DNA of 38,286 bases from Nitrospinota bacterium (lineage in GTDB: Bacteria; UBA8248), in the NCBI GenBank assembly GCA_030754595.1, contig JASLZZ010000127.1:1-38286 (forward strand), read 5' to 3'. A model generated the notes under the pieces. It saw only the letters and a program-made list of their open reading frames with translations, made no database searches and was not told the DNA's origin. Positions 36,838 through 38,286 of the stretch are shown here, piece by piece. How positions within the stretch are numbered: position 1 is the stretch's first letter; the number at the start of each line of letters is the position of its first letter. The position numbers were made by a program, and so were the translations under genes.

Positions 36838-37899
36838 TTGCGCTTTGCTTTTTTGAATTCATGGCGCTCCGGCGCGGCGAAGGGCAGCGGAACGGCGGTG
36901 GCCATTTCGGGGCTCGCCCTCGGGCTGGAGCGCCTGGGCCACCGGGTGGAGATGCTGGCGCCCCGCCCGTTCACGCCGAGCCTGACCCTCAATCGACTTG
37001 TTTATAACGCCCGGCTGATGATCCGGCCGCCGGGGGACGCCTTCGACGTGGTGGTGGGATTCGATATCGACGGGTTTCTTTTGCCGGAGGCGGGCCTCGG
37101 TAATTACGGGGTTTGCCTGTTCGGGATATCGGCGGAGGAGATGCGCTTTGAAAAGGGCTGGCCGCGCGCCTATCTGGGCGCGTTATCTCACTTGGAGAGA
37201 ATGAACGCCCGCCGGGCGCGAAGGACGATTGTCCCGAGCGAGCATAGCCGCCGGATCGCGATCGAGGCCTATGGTTTGAGCCCCGAAAGGGTTTCGGTCG
37301 TTCCGCTGGGTATCGACCTCGCGCTTTGGGATTCCCTCGCCGCCGCCCCGCCGCCCCGGGAGGACGCCCGGCCCACGATTCTTTCCGTCGCCCGCCAGTA
37401 CCCCCGGAAAAACACGCGGTCGCTGATCGCCGCCATGCCCGAGGTGCGGCGCGCCGTGCCCGAGGCTCTTCTGCGCATCGTCGGGGGAGGGCCCATGTTG
37501 CCCGCGCTCAAACGGCAGGCAGGGGAACTGGGGCTGGGCGCCGACGTGGAATTTTGGGGGGAGGTGGCGTCGGATGAGCGCGTCAGGCGGGCCTTTTTTC
37601 AGGCGGACGTTTTTGCGCTGCCGAGCCTCCAGGAGGGATTCGGCCTGGTGTTCCTAGAGGCGATGGCGGCCGGGCTGCCGATAGTCGCTGCCCGGGCGGC
37701 GGCGGCGCCCGAGGTGGCGCCGGACGGCGAGGCCGCCAGATTGGTTTCGGGAGAAGACGCCGGGGAGCTGGCGGCGGCGCTGATAGCGTTATTAAAGGAT
37801 GATCAGTCGCGGGAGAAGCTGGGAGCGGGAGGCCGGGCGAGGGTCCGGCGCCATGGCTGGGCGGAAGTGGCCTTGTTGTTTGCTCAGTCGTTCGGATGA
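36838..37899 (+). CDS. Glycosyltransferase family 4 (GT-B)
   Basis: LERLGHRVE, VVPLGID, RQYPRKN, ADVFALPSLQEGFGLVFLEAMAAGLPIV (EX7E motif). Likely TTG start at 36838. Confidence 0.93.
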   Translation: MRFAFLNSWRSGAAKGSGTAVAISGLALGLERLGHRVEMLAPRPFTPSLTLNRLVYNARLMIRPPGDAFDVVVGFDIDGFLLPEAGLGNYGVCLFGISAEEMRFEKGWPRAYLGALSHLERMNARRARRTIVPSEHSRRIAIEAYGLSPERVSVVPLGIDLALWDSLAAAPPPREDARPTILSVARQYPRKNTRSLIAAMPEVRRAVPEALLRIVGGGPMLPALKRQAGELGLGADVEFWGEVASDERVRRAFFQADVFALPSLQEGFGLVFLEAMAAGLPIVAARAAAAPEVAPDGEAARLVSGEDAGELAAALIALLKDDQSREKLGAGGRARVRRHGWAEVALLFAQSFG

Positions 37900-38135
37900 C
37901 CGGAGGTCGTGTGGAGGATGACTTTATTCATGTTTGAAAGCTTGTTGCATAGCCCCTCGGCGATATAGCAGAGGATTTTAATCGCCAAATCGGGCGAGGG
38001 GTTCGAAAGGGGGTTGTTCATCATTTTGTTGAGATCGAGCTGGAGAAGGGTGGAGAGGCCTTTGGACCTGATGGTGGCTGATCTTGGTTCGTTATTGAAC
38101 ATGGACATTTCGGCGAAAATTTCGCCGGGCGAAAG
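37884..38135 (-). pseudogene. 3' part of a cyclic-nucleotide-binding domain gene, truncated by an IS insertion
   Basis: In-frame LSPGEIFAEMSMFNNEPRSATIRS matches the cNMP phosphate-binding cassette (G..FGE..L....RSAT). Protein-like sequence ends exactly at the IS terminus at 38136. Confidence 0.8.
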
Positions 38136-38286
38136 TGATCTTCCCCCTCAAAACCAGTCCATGCTGAATGGGATCATTTTCAGTATTCTTTCGGTGTGAC
38201 CGCCCAATCCGGGGGGATTTAGATGAGCAAGAAGCGTCATACACCTGAGCAGATCATATCCAAGCTGAGAGAAGCAGAAGTTCTTC
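38136..38286 (+). mobile_element. Left end of an IS3-family insertion sequence (runs off the window)
   Basis: Begins TGATCTTCCCCCTCAAAACCAGTCCA (5'-TG terminus, IS3-like IR) and is followed by an OrfA-type start. Confidence 0.85.
38223..38286 (+). CDS. IS3-family transposase OrfA, N-terminal fragment
   Basis: MSKKRHTPEQIISKLREAEVL is the typical start of IS3 (IS407-like) OrfA HTH proteins. Confidence 0.85.
   Translation, partial: MSKKRHTPEQIISKLREAEVL

Overview
This is a GC-rich bacterial chromosomal window made up mainly of transport and catabolic genes. It opens with a lower-GC, decayed left edge (a frameshifted lipoprotein and a truncated small gene), followed by an EamA transporter and tRNA-Glu(UUC). 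Next come a four-gene CUT2 (RbsA/RbsC/RbsB-like) sugar ABC importer, a HesB/IscA-fold gene with an in-frame TAA, a Tat-exported sulfite-oxidase-family molybdoenzyme and an SDR / Zn-ADH / hydantoinase A+B / SDR cluster. The middle holds a MarR / ArsP-like permease / methyltransferase unit, a phnA / cyclase / acyl-CoA dehydrogenase / ADP-forming CoA ligase run and an Opp/Dpp ABC system. The right part has a LeuC/LeuD-family pair with a damaged ICL/PEP-mutase-family lyase, a large two-TM TPR protein, a GT4 glycosyltransferase, and a cNMP-binding gene cut by an IS3-family element at the window edge. The most unusual feature is the sugar ABC ATPase, which carries an in-frame insertion of about 150 aa with roughly four predicted transmembrane helices inside its second nucleotide-binding domain. 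Other points are a possible anti-SD switch ahead of phnA, a Cys-pair-rich metalloid module, recurrent short diverged tandem duplications at gene starts and stops, and many gene disruptions that could be decay or read error. All calls come from reading motifs by eye; no database searches were run.
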